Virus record (IMG/VR): IMGVR_UViG_2846902752_000010
Reading direction: 5' to 3' (one strand)
Source of the DNA: an uncultured virus (IMG/VR IMGVR_UViG_2846902752_000010)
Taxonomy: Duplodnaviria > Heunggongvirae > Uroviricota > Caudoviricetes
Length of the DNA stretch: 64,000 bases
Positions within the stretch are counted from its first letter, which is position 1, and each line of letters begins with the position of its first letter. The notes under the pieces are model-generated. The model was not told the origin of the DNA. It saw nothing but the letters and a program-made list of their open reading frames with translations, and searched no databases. A program made the translations under genes and the position numbers. Shown piece after piece: positions 30,645 to 41,241 of this stretch.

Positions 30645-33600
30645 TTAATAGCGCTGATTACCTTGTATTGCACCGCTTCTGATTTCTGTCATCAGAACGT
30701 CATATACAGTACCTTTAACCATCCTGGTTATCATTGTTGCTTCCTTTTCTGTCATGCCATTGGGAGCCTGAACCTGAAAATTGAAGTGCATATCCCCTAT
30801 GCTGACACCACCATCGCCACCCATCTGCCGGTTACTGATTACTTTTCCGCTGTCACCGGGGATCATGTACTGATGACCGTTCGACGCCTTGAATATTTCA
30901 GGCTGCCCGTTCTCACCAACGCGATACATTTTGTTAGCGTCAACGGGGCCACCGTTATAACGGGCACCGGCGACAGCCATTGTTTTACTCGCCGCCATGG
31001 CTGACATGTAAGACGCTGAACCAGCTGTAACCGCCGCCCCCATCGTTGCAATAGCAGCACTCATTGCCGCTGGAGCCCATGCTGATTGTGCTGCCACGGC
31101 CTGAGCAACAGTAGATGCCTGCGCTGCTGTTGACATGGCCTCACCAACAACCATATTTTTAATCTGCTGCATCCCCATCTGAACTAACGCCCCTACAGCC
31201 TCATCAACAATGGTTGATGCTACATTACGGAATGCATCATTAAGACTCTGTGCGCCGGTAATAAGCCCTGTCAGTACGTTGGATGAGCGCTGACCGAGAG
31301 CATCAAGACCATCTGCGAGAAACTGATTGGCCTGACTCTGATTACGCCAGATTTCCCACTGAGCATTCAGTCTTGCTTCCTCATACTCAGTGTTTGCTGC
31401 ATTTATCAGCGCAAGACTTTGCTGTGCCGTAATAACTTTCTGATTTTCAAAATTTTTAATCAATGCCAACTTCTGAGCGTGCTCATTAGCCAGCGCCTGA
31501 ACAGGATCAACCTGAGCCGCCATTTCCTGGACAGGAGATACAGCAGATTTCGCATTTATTTCCGCTGTTTTTCTGGCGTGTTCCGCTTTTAACTCAATGC
31601 TGCGTTTCTGATACTGTTCTTCGGTGATGAGGTTACCTTTCAGTTGCCGTTCGAGTTGCTCTCCGGCCAGTTTCATATCCTGATCAGCTTTTGCCTGCGG
31701 GTTCTGCTCAAATGCCTCTTTGCGGTCTTTGATTTTCTGCGTAAGGTCGTACTCTTTACCGGCCAGTGCTGTAACTTCGGCGATCTGAGCGGAATTAGCT
31801 TTTGAACCAAGCTTCTGTACTGCTTCAAGAATTGCAGCCTCGCGGGACAGCCCTTTTGTTTCCAGCTCTGCAACTTTCGTCGCATTAGCCAGGTCGGTTA
31901 TCTTCTGTTTGAGTTTTTTCGCTTCTGTTGCTTCTTTTTTTGCTTCGGATACCGCCTCCCTTGATATTTTAATACCGGTTTTTTTTGCTTCGCTTGCCTC
32001 GCCAGCTTTAGCAGCTAATTCAGCAAGTTTTTCAGCTTCCTGCTCTGATATCCCTTTATCTTCAACATAATACTTGACCTGTAATTGACGTCTTACTACG
32101 TCATCCTTCGCTCCAGCCATTTCAATTTCACGTTCAAGCGTCTTTTTCATGTCAGCGCCAGCATCTGACCATTCAACTTTCAGGCTTGCTGAATTGAACT
32201 TTTGTTTTGCTTTTGTGGCTCCGTCAAGGTCAAGTCCGTAAGCGCGAAGTGCTGCTCCGGCATTAGGTAGCAAAGTACTCGCCTCTCGCTTTAGCAGCTC
32301 CTCGCCCTGCAACAATTCCCCGTTTAACTTCGCTTGCGCTGCACTGATAAAATTCACAGTCTTGCTTCTGTCATTTTGCACGCGCTCAAGATTGGCTTCT
32401 GCTTTTGCTAATTTTCTGGATATTATTTCGAGGTTCTCCTGGGTACTACCAAAGTGTAATACCCCATCAGAATATGCTTTGTATGCTGTTTTGAGATTTT
32501 TAACCTCCTGCTCTGCAGTGCGCTGAGCATCCGTCAGAACTTCGAGCTCGTCCCTGGCATCTGCTATTTTTGCTGCCAGTTCGGTGCGAGACATTTTATC
32601 CATGCTGGCACGCAATTCATTTAGTGAATCAGCAAACTCTTGTGCTGATCTTTTTGCTTCTTCAGCTTTTTGGAAAAAATAATACACAGCGGCTCCGGCC
32701 AACATCGCAGCACCAACCGGTCCACCAATCAAGGATAGAGCTTTGCTTGCCAACCCACTTGCAACGTTAAGTCTGTTCTGTGCCGCAGCGAGACTATTTG
32801 TAGCTGCGGTTTCCTGCTGTGTTAATCCTGTTATTACTGATGAGTTTACTGCCAATTCACGGCGAATTCTGGTTCTCTGCGCTTCAGTAGTGGCTGCTGC
32901 CAGCTGCGCACCCAGCGACTGCTGAACTGTCACAGCCAGAGTCTTCTCAGCTGCAATTCTGTTGATTGTTGCCGTGGCGGCTTCGATCTCAACTCTGACC
33001 GCTTGTTTTGTCGCCGCCATACCGGCAAGTGTCTCTTTAACTTTCTTTGCCTGAGCGGTAGCTGATAGCGTAAGAGCTCCAACATATCTAGACCCCATGA
33101 CACCGGCTGCAATAAGCAATACGTTAGCCAGTGATTCCAGATTGTTGCTGGCAGATACGGTAGCGTCGTTGAAGATGTTTATAAATGTCTTAACAGTGGT
33201 GTTTTCGCCAAAGAATTTAGTAATATTATTGCTGGCGATCTGAAGAGACTGCGACATTGTTTGTGTTGTATTCGCAAACTCCTTCTCAATAGCTGGTCCC
33301 ATTTCACGGAATGCTTTTAACAGTACATCCGTGGTTAATTTGCCTTCTGCGGCCATCGCCCTCAGCTTGCCGATGCTGACACCCAGTGAATCCGCAAGTC
33401 CTTTCATCAGTGCCGGAGCCTGTTCACTCATTGAGTTAAATTCCTGCCCGCGCAGTACACCAGATGCCAGTGCCTGTGATAACTGGACAAGTGCACCTTC
33501 TGATTCTGCTGCTGTGGCACCTGAAACGGTCATTGCCTTTGAGATAGTGGTGGTTATCTGCCCTAACTCTTCGCCGCTGAGCCCGGCACTGCGCATCGCT

Positions 33601-33968
33601 CTTTCCAGTCGTGAATACAGCGTTGCGATACCGTCAAGGCTTGAACGACTGTTCTGAGCAATATCAAACACGCGCTGATTCACCACCGCCAGCGTCTCTC
33701 CGGCCTTTATGGAGTTGACGAGTTTGTTATTCAGCACCGTCCAAGCTTCCGCGTAGCTGGTAACGGCTGATACAGACAAGTAAGCAGTCAGAGATACGGC
33801 AACCCGCGACAGCGAGGCCATTGAGCGCTCAGTGCCATTGACGGCGGTCGTTGTGCGGTTAAATCTGCCTTCCATATTCCGCAGCCGCTGATCCAGTTGA
33901 CGCTGTGATGTCAGCAACTGAGCAACATCCATCTGCACCTGATATACGATTTCACCGACGTTTGCCAT
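30645..33968 (-). CDS. Tape measure protein
   Basis: 1107 aa; QLSQALASGVLRGQEFNS domain; C-terminal RYNGGPV...VGENGQPE. Confidence 0.92.
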   Translation of the reverse strand: MANVGEIVYQVQMDVAQLLTSQRQLDQRLRNMEGRFNRTTTAVNGTERSMASLSRVAVSLTAYLSVSAVTSYAEAWTVLNNKLVNSIKAGETLAVVNQRVFDIAQNSRSSLDGIATLYSRLERAMRSAGLSGEELGQITTTISKAMTVSGATAAESEGALVQLSQALASGVLRGQEFNSMSEQAPALMKGLADSLGVSIGKLRAMAAEGKLTTDVLLKAFREMGPAIEKEFANTTQTMSQSLQIASNNITKFFGENTTVKTFINIFNDATVSASNNLESLANVLLIAAGVMGSRYVGALTLSATAQAKKVKETLAGMAATKQAVRVEIEAATATINRIAAEKTLAVTVQQSLGAQLAAATTEAQRTRIRRELAVNSSVITGLTQQETAATNSLAAAQNRLNVASGLASKALSLIGGPVGAAMLAGAAVYYFFQKAEEAKRSAQEFADSLNELRASMDKMSRTELAAKIADARDELEVLTDAQRTAEQEVKNLKTAYKAYSDGVLHFGSTQENLEIISRKLAKAEANLERVQNDRSKTVNFISAAQAKLNGELLQGEELLKREASTLLPNAGAALRAYGLDLDGATKAKQKFNSASLKVEWSDAGADMKKTLEREIEMAGAKDDVVRRQLQVKYYVEDKGISEQEAEKLAELAAKAGEASEAKKTGIKISREAVSEAKKEATEAKKLKQKITDLANATKVAELETKGLSREAAILEAVQKLGSKANSAQIAEVTALAGKEYDLTQKIKDRKEAFEQNPQAKADQDMKLAGEQLERQLKGNLITEEQYQKRSIELKAEHARKTAEINAKSAVSPVQEMAAQVDPVQALANEHAQKLALIKNFENQKVITAQQSLALINAANTEYEEARLNAQWEIWRNQSQANQFLADGLDALGQRSSNVLTGLITGAQSLNDAFRNVASTIVDEAVGALVQMGMQQIKNMVVGEAMSTAAQASTVAQAVAAQSAWAPAAMSAAIATMGAAVTAGSASYMSAMAASKTMAVAGARYNGGPVDANKMYRVGENGQPEIFKASNGHQYMIPGDSGKVISNRQMGGDGGVSIGDMHFNFQVQAPNGMTEKEATMITRMVKGTVYDVLMTEIRSGAIQGNQRY

Positions 33969-34011
33969 TTACCGGCTCCTTAAAATGAAAAACCGCCAAA
34001 TGGCGGGTGTG

Positions 34012-34704
34012 TTAGACTGTCTTCCTGCTCACCAACCGGCGCTTGCCCTTAATCAAGTCATCGTTACGGGCATCATCGGCCTTGGTGATAGCCTCATACT
34101 CATCTTTCGTGAAGCCTTTCTCATCCGGATATTTCACTTTCAGCATCATCACGAACTCGGTCATTGTGAGTTGTTCCGCTTCGCTACGGGTGATGTTGAA
34201 ATGCACACGGGCGGCACTGATGTAATCGACGGCGCGGAACTCGTCGGAGTATTCGTCTTTACCTTCGTTGCGCTGGAGTTTGCGCACCTTGGCTTTACCG
34301 ATAATGCCGTGGGTCATTAGCTCGCGCGCCAGCAGGATGATATCGCGATAATGCATAGCGCCGCGCCGGTACACCATGCCGGATTTGCCAACCCGCCATT
34401 CACCGATAACCTCAGAACAGTCATCGTTACAACATGCCTGCATCACGTCCATTGCTGTCGATAAAATGCTGCGCCCATAAACCGGTTTATTTAACAGTGC
34501 AATCAGCCATTCAGGAACCACTCCGTAAGCGTCTACGGCAGACGCTATAATTTGTTGTACCTCTGAGCCATTTAATCGCGTAAACGCACTCACAATCTCT
34601 TTAGGCTCACCGATTCGCGTCATGGCATCCAGCGACGGGCGGAACAGGTAATCATTTTCGGCAGTGGATATCACTATCTCGCCGTATTCTAAACGCGGTG
34701 TCAT
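34012..34704 (-). CDS. Tail assembly chaperone (DUF6246-like)
   Basis: FRPSLDAMTRIG; LTMTEF; between tube and tape measure. Confidence 0.7.
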   Translation of the reverse strand: MTPRLEYGEIVISTAENDYLFRPSLDAMTRIGEPKEIVSAFTRLNGSEVQQIIASAVDAYGVVPEWLIALLNKPVYGRSILSTAMDVMQACCNDDCSEVIGEWRVGKSGMVYRRGAMHYRDIILLARELMTHGIIGKAKVRKLQRNEGKDEYSDEFRAVDYISAARVHFNITRSEAEQLTMTEFVMMLKVKYPDEKGFTKDEYEAITKADDARNDDLIKGKRRLVSRKTV

Positions 34705-34754
34705 ATATCCTCCTGAACATTATCAAGGGCATCCGGAGATACCCTTTGTAATAT

Positions 34755-35510
34755 TTAGGCCGCAGTGACTGTAACGACACATTTCGCCGTCTTACTGCCA
34801 TCTTCCGATGTGACTGTAATATTCGCGGTACCGGCTGCGACACCGGTGACAGTGACAACATTCAGTAGCTTACTGACGGTAGCGAAGTTAGGCTTATCGC
34901 TGACCACCTCGTAATTTTTGTTTGTCGCGTTAACCGGATTAAATCCGACCGTGAATGTTGCCGTTTCACCGGCTTTCACAGTCAGTGTCGCGGGGTTGGC
35001 TGCGATGCTCTGAACCACGATTTCTTCCTGCAGCCATTCAAAGCTGTCAGCGTCTGCGACTTTCAGTTCACCGGAGTACGTGGAGATTTCTTTGGTAGGG
35101 AACTCCATCGACCATGATGTGAAGTTCATATACCCCTGAATCACATCACTGCCATCACCTTTCATGTCGAGCTGCACCCAATATGACGGCTGACGGCTGG
35201 CCTTGACTTCAGCAAGGATTTCTTTGGCGATATCAAAAGCAGACGTGGAACCATCAGCACCTTTGCGCTTCAGCTCGCCATCAAACTTAATGGTTAAATC
35301 CAGACCGGTCACGATGGCTTCGCCCAGCCCTTTTGTGTCGTCTGCTTTGGAAGTAACCGTTTCAGTACCGTAATCCAGCCCTTTACTAGTCAGTGCGCCG
35401 AGACGCAGAAACGCTGACTGTTCAGGAACCGTACCGGGGCAGCCGGGCGCGATGCGAAGAATCCCCGCATTACCCATCACCAGGCCTTTATCATCAGGGC
35501 ATTGTGCCAT
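34755..35510 (-). CDS. Major tail tube protein with C-terminal Ig-like domain
   Basis: C-terminal PVNATNK...TANITVTSEDG Ig motif. Confidence 0.85.
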   Translation of the reverse strand: MAQCPDDKGLVMGNAGILRIAPGCPGTVPEQSAFLRLGALTSKGLDYGTETVTSKADDTKGLGEAIVTGLDLTIKFDGELKRKGADGSTSAFDIAKEILAEVKASRQPSYWVQLDMKGDGSDVIQGYMNFTSWSMEFPTKEISTYSGELKVADADSFEWLQEEIVVQSIAANPATLTVKAGETATFTVGFNPVNATNKNYEVVSDKPNFATVSKLLNVVTVTGVAAGTANITVTSEDGSKTAKCVVTVTAA

Positions 35511-35574
35511 GTTATAACCTCTTTATTTGCAAATAAAAAAGGCCGCATCAGCGACCTGTTTGAAGTGTGCTTGT

Positions 35575-35946
35575 TTAGGATGTGCAGCGGAAGGTCAGGG
35601 GAATCCAATACCTCCCCTCTGCCGTCTGAACCGGATTCACGAACCCGGATGTATTGATGATGAAATTAAGACCATGAGACTGAGCATGACACCTGACATA
35701 ATCAAGTATTGCATAGGCTCTCTGAGCGACGAATTCAACCCAGCCCTTGCCAGAAATTAACGACACAGTGAAAAAATCATCACCACCAAGATCATTGATT
35801 CTTCCGGTTCCGTCCCGCTGCTGAAAAACCATGTACGCATCATGGTCATGTCCGCCGGATTCTGACCACTCATAGTCCTGGATGATAAAACCGTCAGACA
35901 GCCCTGACTCGGAAAAATAACGCTTAACCTGCTCAGTGGTGGTCAT
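35575..35946 (-). CDS. Tail terminator protein
   Basis: Synteny; TAEGR motif. Confidence 0.6.
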   Translation of the reverse strand: MTTTEQVKRYFSESGLSDGFIIQDYEWSESGGHDHDAYMVFQQRDGTGRINDLGGDDFFTVSLISGKGWVEFVAQRAYAILDYVRCHAQSHGLNFIINTSGFVNPVQTAEGRYWIPLTFRCTS

Positions 35947-36311
35947 ATGCGCATCTCCTCCGCGACAGCCTGGTCAATCATCTGCTGTGTTTCCTCAAAG
36001 CCTTTAGTGAGGAATTCTTTCTTCGCTGTCGGCCTGCGGAAGCTCTGCTTCACATTCGGGTCGTGAACGAAAACGGCATAGGATGCTGAGTAACCCACAC
36101 GCCCGGTAAACAGCGTTCCTTTCACCTCCACACCACGGAACTGAGAGTTGATCAGTGTCTTTGTATCAATCGGTGTGTATACCGCAGCCTGTCTGCCGCC
36201 GATATCCAGCGCACGATGCATGGCCCTGCTGACTTTTTTTGACGTGATATTACCGACCAGCGCATTAAGGTCAGCAACAGCACGGTTAATACCGATTACT
36301 CTTGCTCCCAT
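35943..36311 (-). CDS. Neck protein (HK97 gp10-like)
   Basis: TPIDTKTLINS, YAVFVH, KEFL. Confidence 0.7.
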   Translation of the reverse strand: MGARVIGINRAVADLNALVGNITSKKVSRAMHRALDIGGRQAAVYTPIDTKTLINSQFRGVEVKGTLFTGRVGYSASYAVFVHDPNVKQSFRRPTAKKEFLTKGFEETQQMIDQAVAEEMRI

Positions 36312-36312
36312 G

Positions 36313-36654
36313 TCACACCGCCGTTGTTAGAGTGTAGTCATCTTTGCCGCCTTTAATATCGCGGTCACGGTCAACAGCTTTGATTCTGCTGCCTCCGGCC
36401 GCGAACGGATCTTGTCCGTCATGCTTGCCGATAGCGATGTAATCATCTTGTGTGGCTTCGCTGTATTCCGTCCAGATGACATTTTTGATGACAATTTCAG
36501 TGCCTACCGTTTTTGTTCCGTCACTCATCCTGCTTCCGTAGTCACACCGGATATGAATGGGCTCTGAAAATTTCGGCTTGCCGTAACTGTCTTTGCCTTC
36601 AATCTTCCAGATAGTTGCCCATCCCTTGCAGAACCGGCGAAGGATTTTACCCAT
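36313..36654 (-). CDS. Head-tail joining protein
   Basis: DSYGKP motif; synteny. Confidence 0.6.
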   Translation of the reverse strand: MGKILRRFCKGWATIWKIEGKDSYGKPKFSEPIHIRCDYGSRMSDGTKTVGTEIVIKNVIWTEYSEATQDDYIAIGKHDGQDPFAAGGSRIKAVDRDRDIKGGKDDYTLTTAV

Positions 36655-36655
36655 A

Positions 36656-37033
36656 TCACCCCCGGTTCACGTCAAACTGAATAATGCTGACCGGCCGGTC
36701 AATAGGCAGGTTATCTGTGCATCCGGCGGTATCCAGTGCGGATAACAATTTCAGCAACGATTTTCTGCCGTCAGCAAAATACTGGTACGAAACTGAAGCA
36801 CCGGACGGTGCATGTTCTGATGCAATTTTACGGACATCAGCCGCAGACAGGATGAGGATGACGGAATACACCTTGATAAGCGTCATCACCGCATCCGTAT
36901 ACCCTGCCTTATCAAGGCATCCGTCAATGCTGTCCACTACAGATAATGCGGCGGCAACCGCAAAATCAGGAGCCTCAAACCCCATCATTTCCAGTTGCTC
37001 GCCTATCTGCTCCGGACTGATTTGTACTGCCAT
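36656..37033 (-). CDS. Head-tail adaptor protein
   Basis: APSGASVSY, LDTAGC; follows capsid. Confidence 0.6.
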   Translation of the reverse strand: MAVQISPEQIGEQLEMMGFEAPDFAVAAALSVVDSIDGCLDKAGYTDAVMTLIKVYSVILILSAADVRKIASEHAPSGASVSYQYFADGRKSLLKLLSALDTAGCTDNLPIDRPVSIIQFDVNRG

Positions 37034-37057
37034 ATCACCTCCGGATTATTACTGCGA

Positions 37058-38038
37058 TTACTTCGCAGATTTAGCAGCCTTACCGCCTGCATCAGCATCT
37101 TTACCGAATGTCACCATAACCCCGGCAGTGTCTTTGATGCTTGCAGCAATTTGTTTCCAGTTATCAGTTGCGGCTACCTGTTCGTTAGTCGGTGACTTGA
37201 TACTGTCCTTCGCCCACTGATAACCACGCAAACCGATGGTGAAATCATATTCCCCCTGCATCAGAGCCTTAATGTTTTCCTGTCCGAGAACGTCCTGCGC
37301 TTTCATGATCAGCGGTGAGGTCTGTACAGCCGCTGCACCGGTAACCAGACCGAGTGAATGCTGCTTATTACCTTCAGACAGAGACGGAATATCAGAAATT
37401 ACAAAACGACGCCCGAATCCGTCCTGCTTGATGGCCACGTTACCAATCTGGAACAGGTTACTGGAGTTGGTTAGTGTTTCGTCCATAAAGTCATTGAACG
37501 TTGCACCGTCCATCAGCCAGGCGATAATACGGGAATACGCATCACCAAACGGGCGGGTGCCTTTGTTTAGCCCGCGCAGTGATGGTGCGCTTCCTGTTGC
37601 TGTCAGGTCAGTAACTGCCGCTGCGTTGCCGGAGATTGCCGCTTTCAGTGCCGCACCTGCAGTGTTCAGATAATCCTGCAGCATCGCTTCTGCTGCCTGA
37701 GCAGACACCACCGCTGCCGCTTCTGATACGTCTTTACCCAGGCGCTTCATCATCGTCGGAGTGACAGATACCGGCCCGATACGACCATCGACCTTAATCA
37801 TCCGGTCGAGAATTTGCCCTAACTCCTGCGGTGTAAGATTACCTGATCCGTATGCATTACGACGCTGTGCCAGACCACCAAGTAACTGCCATGATGTCTG
37901 CTCAATGTAATCACCAATATGGTCACCATCACCGAAAACCAGCGCACCGCCGGATGCTTCATTAAACTGCTGTACTGCCTGAGCCACCAGCTCTGTCGCT
38001 GCCAGAGATACCTGATGCTGAAAAATATGCAATGTCAT
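37058..38038 (-). CDS. Major capsid protein
   Basis: 326 aa after scaffold; FNEASGGA, SIKDTAGV. Confidence 0.85.
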   Translation of the reverse strand: MTLHIFQHQVSLAATELVAQAVQQFNEASGGALVFGDGDHIGDYIEQTSWQLLGGLAQRRNAYGSGNLTPQELGQILDRMIKVDGRIGPVSVTPTMMKRLGKDVSEAAAVVSAQAAEAMLQDYLNTAGAALKAAISGNAAAVTDLTATGSAPSLRGLNKGTRPFGDAYSRIIAWLMDGATFNDFMDETLTNSSNLFQIGNVAIKQDGFGRRFVISDIPSLSEGNKQHSLGLVTGAAAVQTSPLIMKAQDVLGQENIKALMQGEYDFTIGLRGYQWAKDSIKSPTNEQVAATDNWKQIAASIKDTAGVMVTFGKDADAGGKAAKSAK

Positions 38039-38043
38039 AAATC

Positions 38044-38736
38044 TTATGCCTCTGTATTTTTTGCAATGATTTCACGTGCGCGATCCACCAATGGATTCAC
38101 ACTTTTGGGTTTATCACTGCCTCCGGCAGGTGATTTGTCTTTGCCTCCGTCACCCCTGGTTCCGGTTGCCTTACTGCCGATAATGACCGGCGCAAATAAC
38201 TGATTATTTCTGAATTCTTTTTCCAGCTCATCGATAGTCAGAGCTGATAGTTGCCCAGTTGCGTCCACCACGCGGGTTTTACCATCTTCAACGGCAAGGC
38301 GTGATTTGATATGCGGCACAATCAGCGCGGCACTGTCACCCGCAAGTTTTGTCGCCAGCGACTGCGCGACGTTATCAACCAAAAGTTTTTGCAGGCTGGC
38401 ATCTTTTTCCTGTAACTGTGTCAGTAACTCTTTTTCGCGGGTGCTGAGTTTTTCAGCCCAGCTCTTTTCCAGTGATTCGATATCACCGTTTTTACGGGCC
38501 TGTTCTTCTGCAGCTTTCTTTGCGGCTTCTTCAGCCTGACGGCGCTTTTCCTGTTCTGATTTCTTCTCAGATAACAGTTCATCGACTTTCTTCTGAAGAC
38601 CGGACACATCCGGGATGTCAGGCATGCCGTCAATCTGGATTTGGTATCCGTCACCGGCTTCTTTGTACATGGCCTTATGCTCTTCAGTCAGCACGTCAAA
38701 TTCTTCTTTGGTTAATTTCCACTTAAACATCGTCAA
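38044..38736 (-). CDS. Capsid scaffold protein
   Basis: Charged coiled-coil protein before capsid. Confidence 0.75.
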   Translation of the reverse strand: MTMFKWKLTKEEFDVLTEEHKAMYKEAGDGYQIQIDGMPDIPDVSGLQKKVDELLSEKKSEQEKRRQAEEAAKKAAEEQARKNGDIESLEKSWAEKLSTREKELLTQLQEKDASLQKLLVDNVAQSLATKLAGDSAALIVPHIKSRLAVEDGKTRVVDATGQLSALTIDELEKEFRNNQLFAPVIIGSKATGTRGDGGKDKSPAGGSDKPKSVNPLVDRAREIIAKNTEA

Positions 38737-38767
38737 CCTCTGGTTTTGATGGTGTAGTCACTGACTA

Positions 38768-38796
38768 CAGGTAATAAAAAACCCGCCGGAGCGGGT
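38768..38796 (-). repeat. 29-bp terminator-containing direct repeat, copy 1
   Basis: CAGGTAATAAAAAACCCGCCGGAGCGGGT identical to 43622-43650. Confidence 0.85.
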
Positions 38797-39857
38797 CATT
38801 TGAGTTCGATATCGGCCTTTCTGAAGGCATCGGGTATGATTTTCTGAAGTTCCTTCAGTGTTATTGGTCTGAAGTATTTATCGAGTTGTAATTTTGCGAA
38901 TCGTTCCGGTGATAACCCGCCCTCACGGAATAACTGCGCCCTGGTCTTACCAAGCACAATGTCCTGCCTGTTCGCTGGCTGGCGGTAAAGCCACTCATAA
39001 TAAGTTTCTTCGCCCCATTCAGAATTACCGACCGGCTCTGTGACAAACAAGTCTGCATATTTTTCATCAAGCACCGGGAGCAAGCGACTACGGCAGTTAG
39101 GGTGAAGCGGAGGCCTCGGTCCTTTACCAAGCGGATAACAGCGGCCGGACAGAGAACGGCACACTGCCGATGTTTTGTTATCCAGTATTGCACTGAATTC
39201 CTCATACTTAATCAGATCAGAATTCTCTTTATAGAAATCCGTCGCCGCCACACTGTGAGCATGTTGTAATGTCGTTCTGGCAACAGTCTGAAATCCCCTG
39301 ACCACCCTGCCAACCACTGCCGCTGCGATTATCAGCGGTTCCGCTGAGGTTCCGTTAATAGCCGATTGCAGGTCAGCCACACCCCCGCCTGACGACAACG
39401 ATATCACCACCTGATTCTCTATCTGCTGCATGGCTGTATCGGCCCACGACTCAATGAATTTGGCGAGAAACAGGGAGCTGTTCCATCCCGTCAGAGAGAG
39501 CGGTATGTTTTGCACATCTCTGCGCACCTTGTCAGCATCAGCCGGATTAACGTTTTTTACCAGTGAGTTAAACCCGTGATATTCAGCGTCTGCCATCACA
39601 ACAGCGGCGTTGATAATGTCATCAAGTAACCTGTCAGAATAACCGGAAAGAACTGGCTTCAGCGTTTTTCTCAGCGCCAGCGCAATTGATTTCGCTCTGC
39701 TGACTGAGGAAACACTACCGGAATATCCGGATAATGCAGATGCTACAGCAGCGCGAATATCTGACACCAGTTCACGTGTGTCAGCAGTTGATGATTTGAG
39801 CCTTTCCAGCATAATCTGAATCATCAGTGCATTATCAAAAATGAGACCCGGCCGCAT
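38796..39857 (-). CDS. Minor head protein (Mu gpF/SPP1 gp7-like)
   Basis: LDNKTSAVC...PPLHPNCRS. Confidence 0.85.
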   Translation of the reverse strand: MRPGLIFDNALMIQIMLERLKSSTADTRELVSDIRAAVASALSGYSGSVSSVSRAKSIALALRKTLKPVLSGYSDRLLDDIINAAVVMADAEYHGFNSLVKNVNPADADKVRRDVQNIPLSLTGWNSSLFLAKFIESWADTAMQQIENQVVISLSSGGGVADLQSAINGTSAEPLIIAAAVVGRVVRGFQTVARTTLQHAHSVAATDFYKENSDLIKYEEFSAILDNKTSAVCRSLSGRCYPLGKGPRPPLHPNCRSRLLPVLDEKYADLFVTEPVGNSEWGEETYYEWLYRQPANRQDIVLGKTRAQLFREGGLSPERFAKLQLDKYFRPITLKELQKIIPDAFRKADIELK

Positions 39858-39860
39858 ATT

Positions 39861-41240
39861 TTATACTCCCAGCATATTTGTACCTCTGATCAACCCAAGC
39901 TCTTCAGCTACATCCTCCGGTTTCTCATCCTGCGGAACAAGGTTCGCCCCCTGCATATACCGGATAAAATCTACAATCCGCATATTGCCGGACTGCACAG
40001 ATGCCAGAAGTGCAGTAATTGCTGCCGAATCAAACTGCGCAATCTCGTATGTCTTATTGAGTTCAACAGAAGCTTCTCCAGCTCCGGCAAACTGAATACA
40101 GAAAGCCAGCGCACGATTAAAAGCCTGCTCAACATTACCGGCGCTCAACGATAAAACAGAGTTATCCGTCTGTGCTTCATCCAGTGCCTGTGTTGCTGTT
40201 CTCGCCGATGAGCCTCGCTCAACCAGCTTTGCTCCCAGCATTGCCATCTGCTTTTCCCGGCGCTCTGCCACAATAATCTGCATGGTGCGTTCTTCCGGCT
40301 GTGCAAACTTCATATCGCCACCCTGAGGCAACAACACTCCTTTGCGGGAACCGACTGTGAACCCGCCTGACATGTGGTTTTTCACCCAGTCATCTGTCAG
40401 GCCTGACAGCGCAACCATCGGCTGACCGATAGTGTGTGCTGACTCTGCAATATCTGCCTCAATCTGGTAATGCTTTATATTCATATAAGCTATGTCAGCC
40501 AGTGGTGGCGCATCAGGAGTATGGTCATTGTTTTTTGACCCAATCCACGACCATGGCAACTCAGAAAGCGGCTTTCCCTGCGCATCAGTGAATTTTATCC
40601 ACTCGCCAGAGCTGATTTCACTGTCCTTCTGCCACCGCCTTGAGTGTGCCAACCCGTCGATCAGACGTAACTCAATCCAGCGGTCCTGCATTTGCAGTTC
40701 AAAATCATCAGACTCAACCGGTTCCTGATATTTCACAACAACTAGTGATGTTTTCCCGCCGGTGACCCGCCAGTTGATAATCTCCTTCGCCGTAAACAAC
40801 CGGACGTATGGTCTGCCTTTGTCTGCCTCAGTCTGGATACCTGCCCCACTGAAATCACTGAGCAGTCCGGCACGGCCACGCTGCAATACCTGAGACAATG
40901 CATCGCGGATCATCTGAGTCAATGGTTGCCCCTGACCATCAATATCAGCTTCAAGACTCTTTGTTCCACCCGATATACTGATTTTTACCGGCTTACTGAA
41001 TGCAATACCGAGTAATCCGCTTAATGTTCGTCCGGTTGCATTCAGAAACGAAGCACGGAGAAGATATTTTTTGTATCGCTCACCATCATCGTCATCCCGC
41101 TTTTTATCTGCGGGGTGCGGCAGGTACTTTTCACCGCGGCTTTTCACTACGCGCTCACCGTCAACGCAGTCCCCGATCATATTCCATTCCGGTAAAAATT
41201 CGGTGTATGCAGGATGTTTGTAATCCACGTTTGTATTCAT
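39861..41240 (-). CDS. Portal protein (DUF4055-type)
   Basis: Follows terminase; YLLRASFLNATGRT, IINW. Confidence 0.85.
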   Translation of the reverse strand: MNTNVDYKHPAYTEFLPEWNMIGDCVDGERVVKSRGEKYLPHPADKKRDDDDGERYKKYLLRASFLNATGRTLSGLLGIAFSKPVKISISGGTKSLEADIDGQGQPLTQMIRDALSQVLQRGRAGLLSDFSGAGIQTEADKGRPYVRLFTAKEIINWRVTGGKTSLVVVKYQEPVESDDFELQMQDRWIELRLIDGLAHSRRWQKDSEISSGEWIKFTDAQGKPLSELPWSWIGSKNNDHTPDAPPLADIAYMNIKHYQIEADIAESAHTIGQPMVALSGLTDDWVKNHMSGGFTVGSRKGVLLPQGGDMKFAQPEERTMQIIVAERREKQMAMLGAKLVERGSSARTATQALDEAQTDNSVLSLSAGNVEQAFNRALAFCIQFAGAGEASVELNKTYEIAQFDSAAITALLASVQSGNMRIVDFIRYMQGANLVPQDEKPEDVAEELGLIRGTNMLGV

Positions 41241-41241
41241 G

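Noticed and set aside
34012..34704. Programmed frameshift in the siphoviral tail chaperone
   Set aside because: A single continuous ORF reaches nearly to the tape measure gene; no second frame is needed
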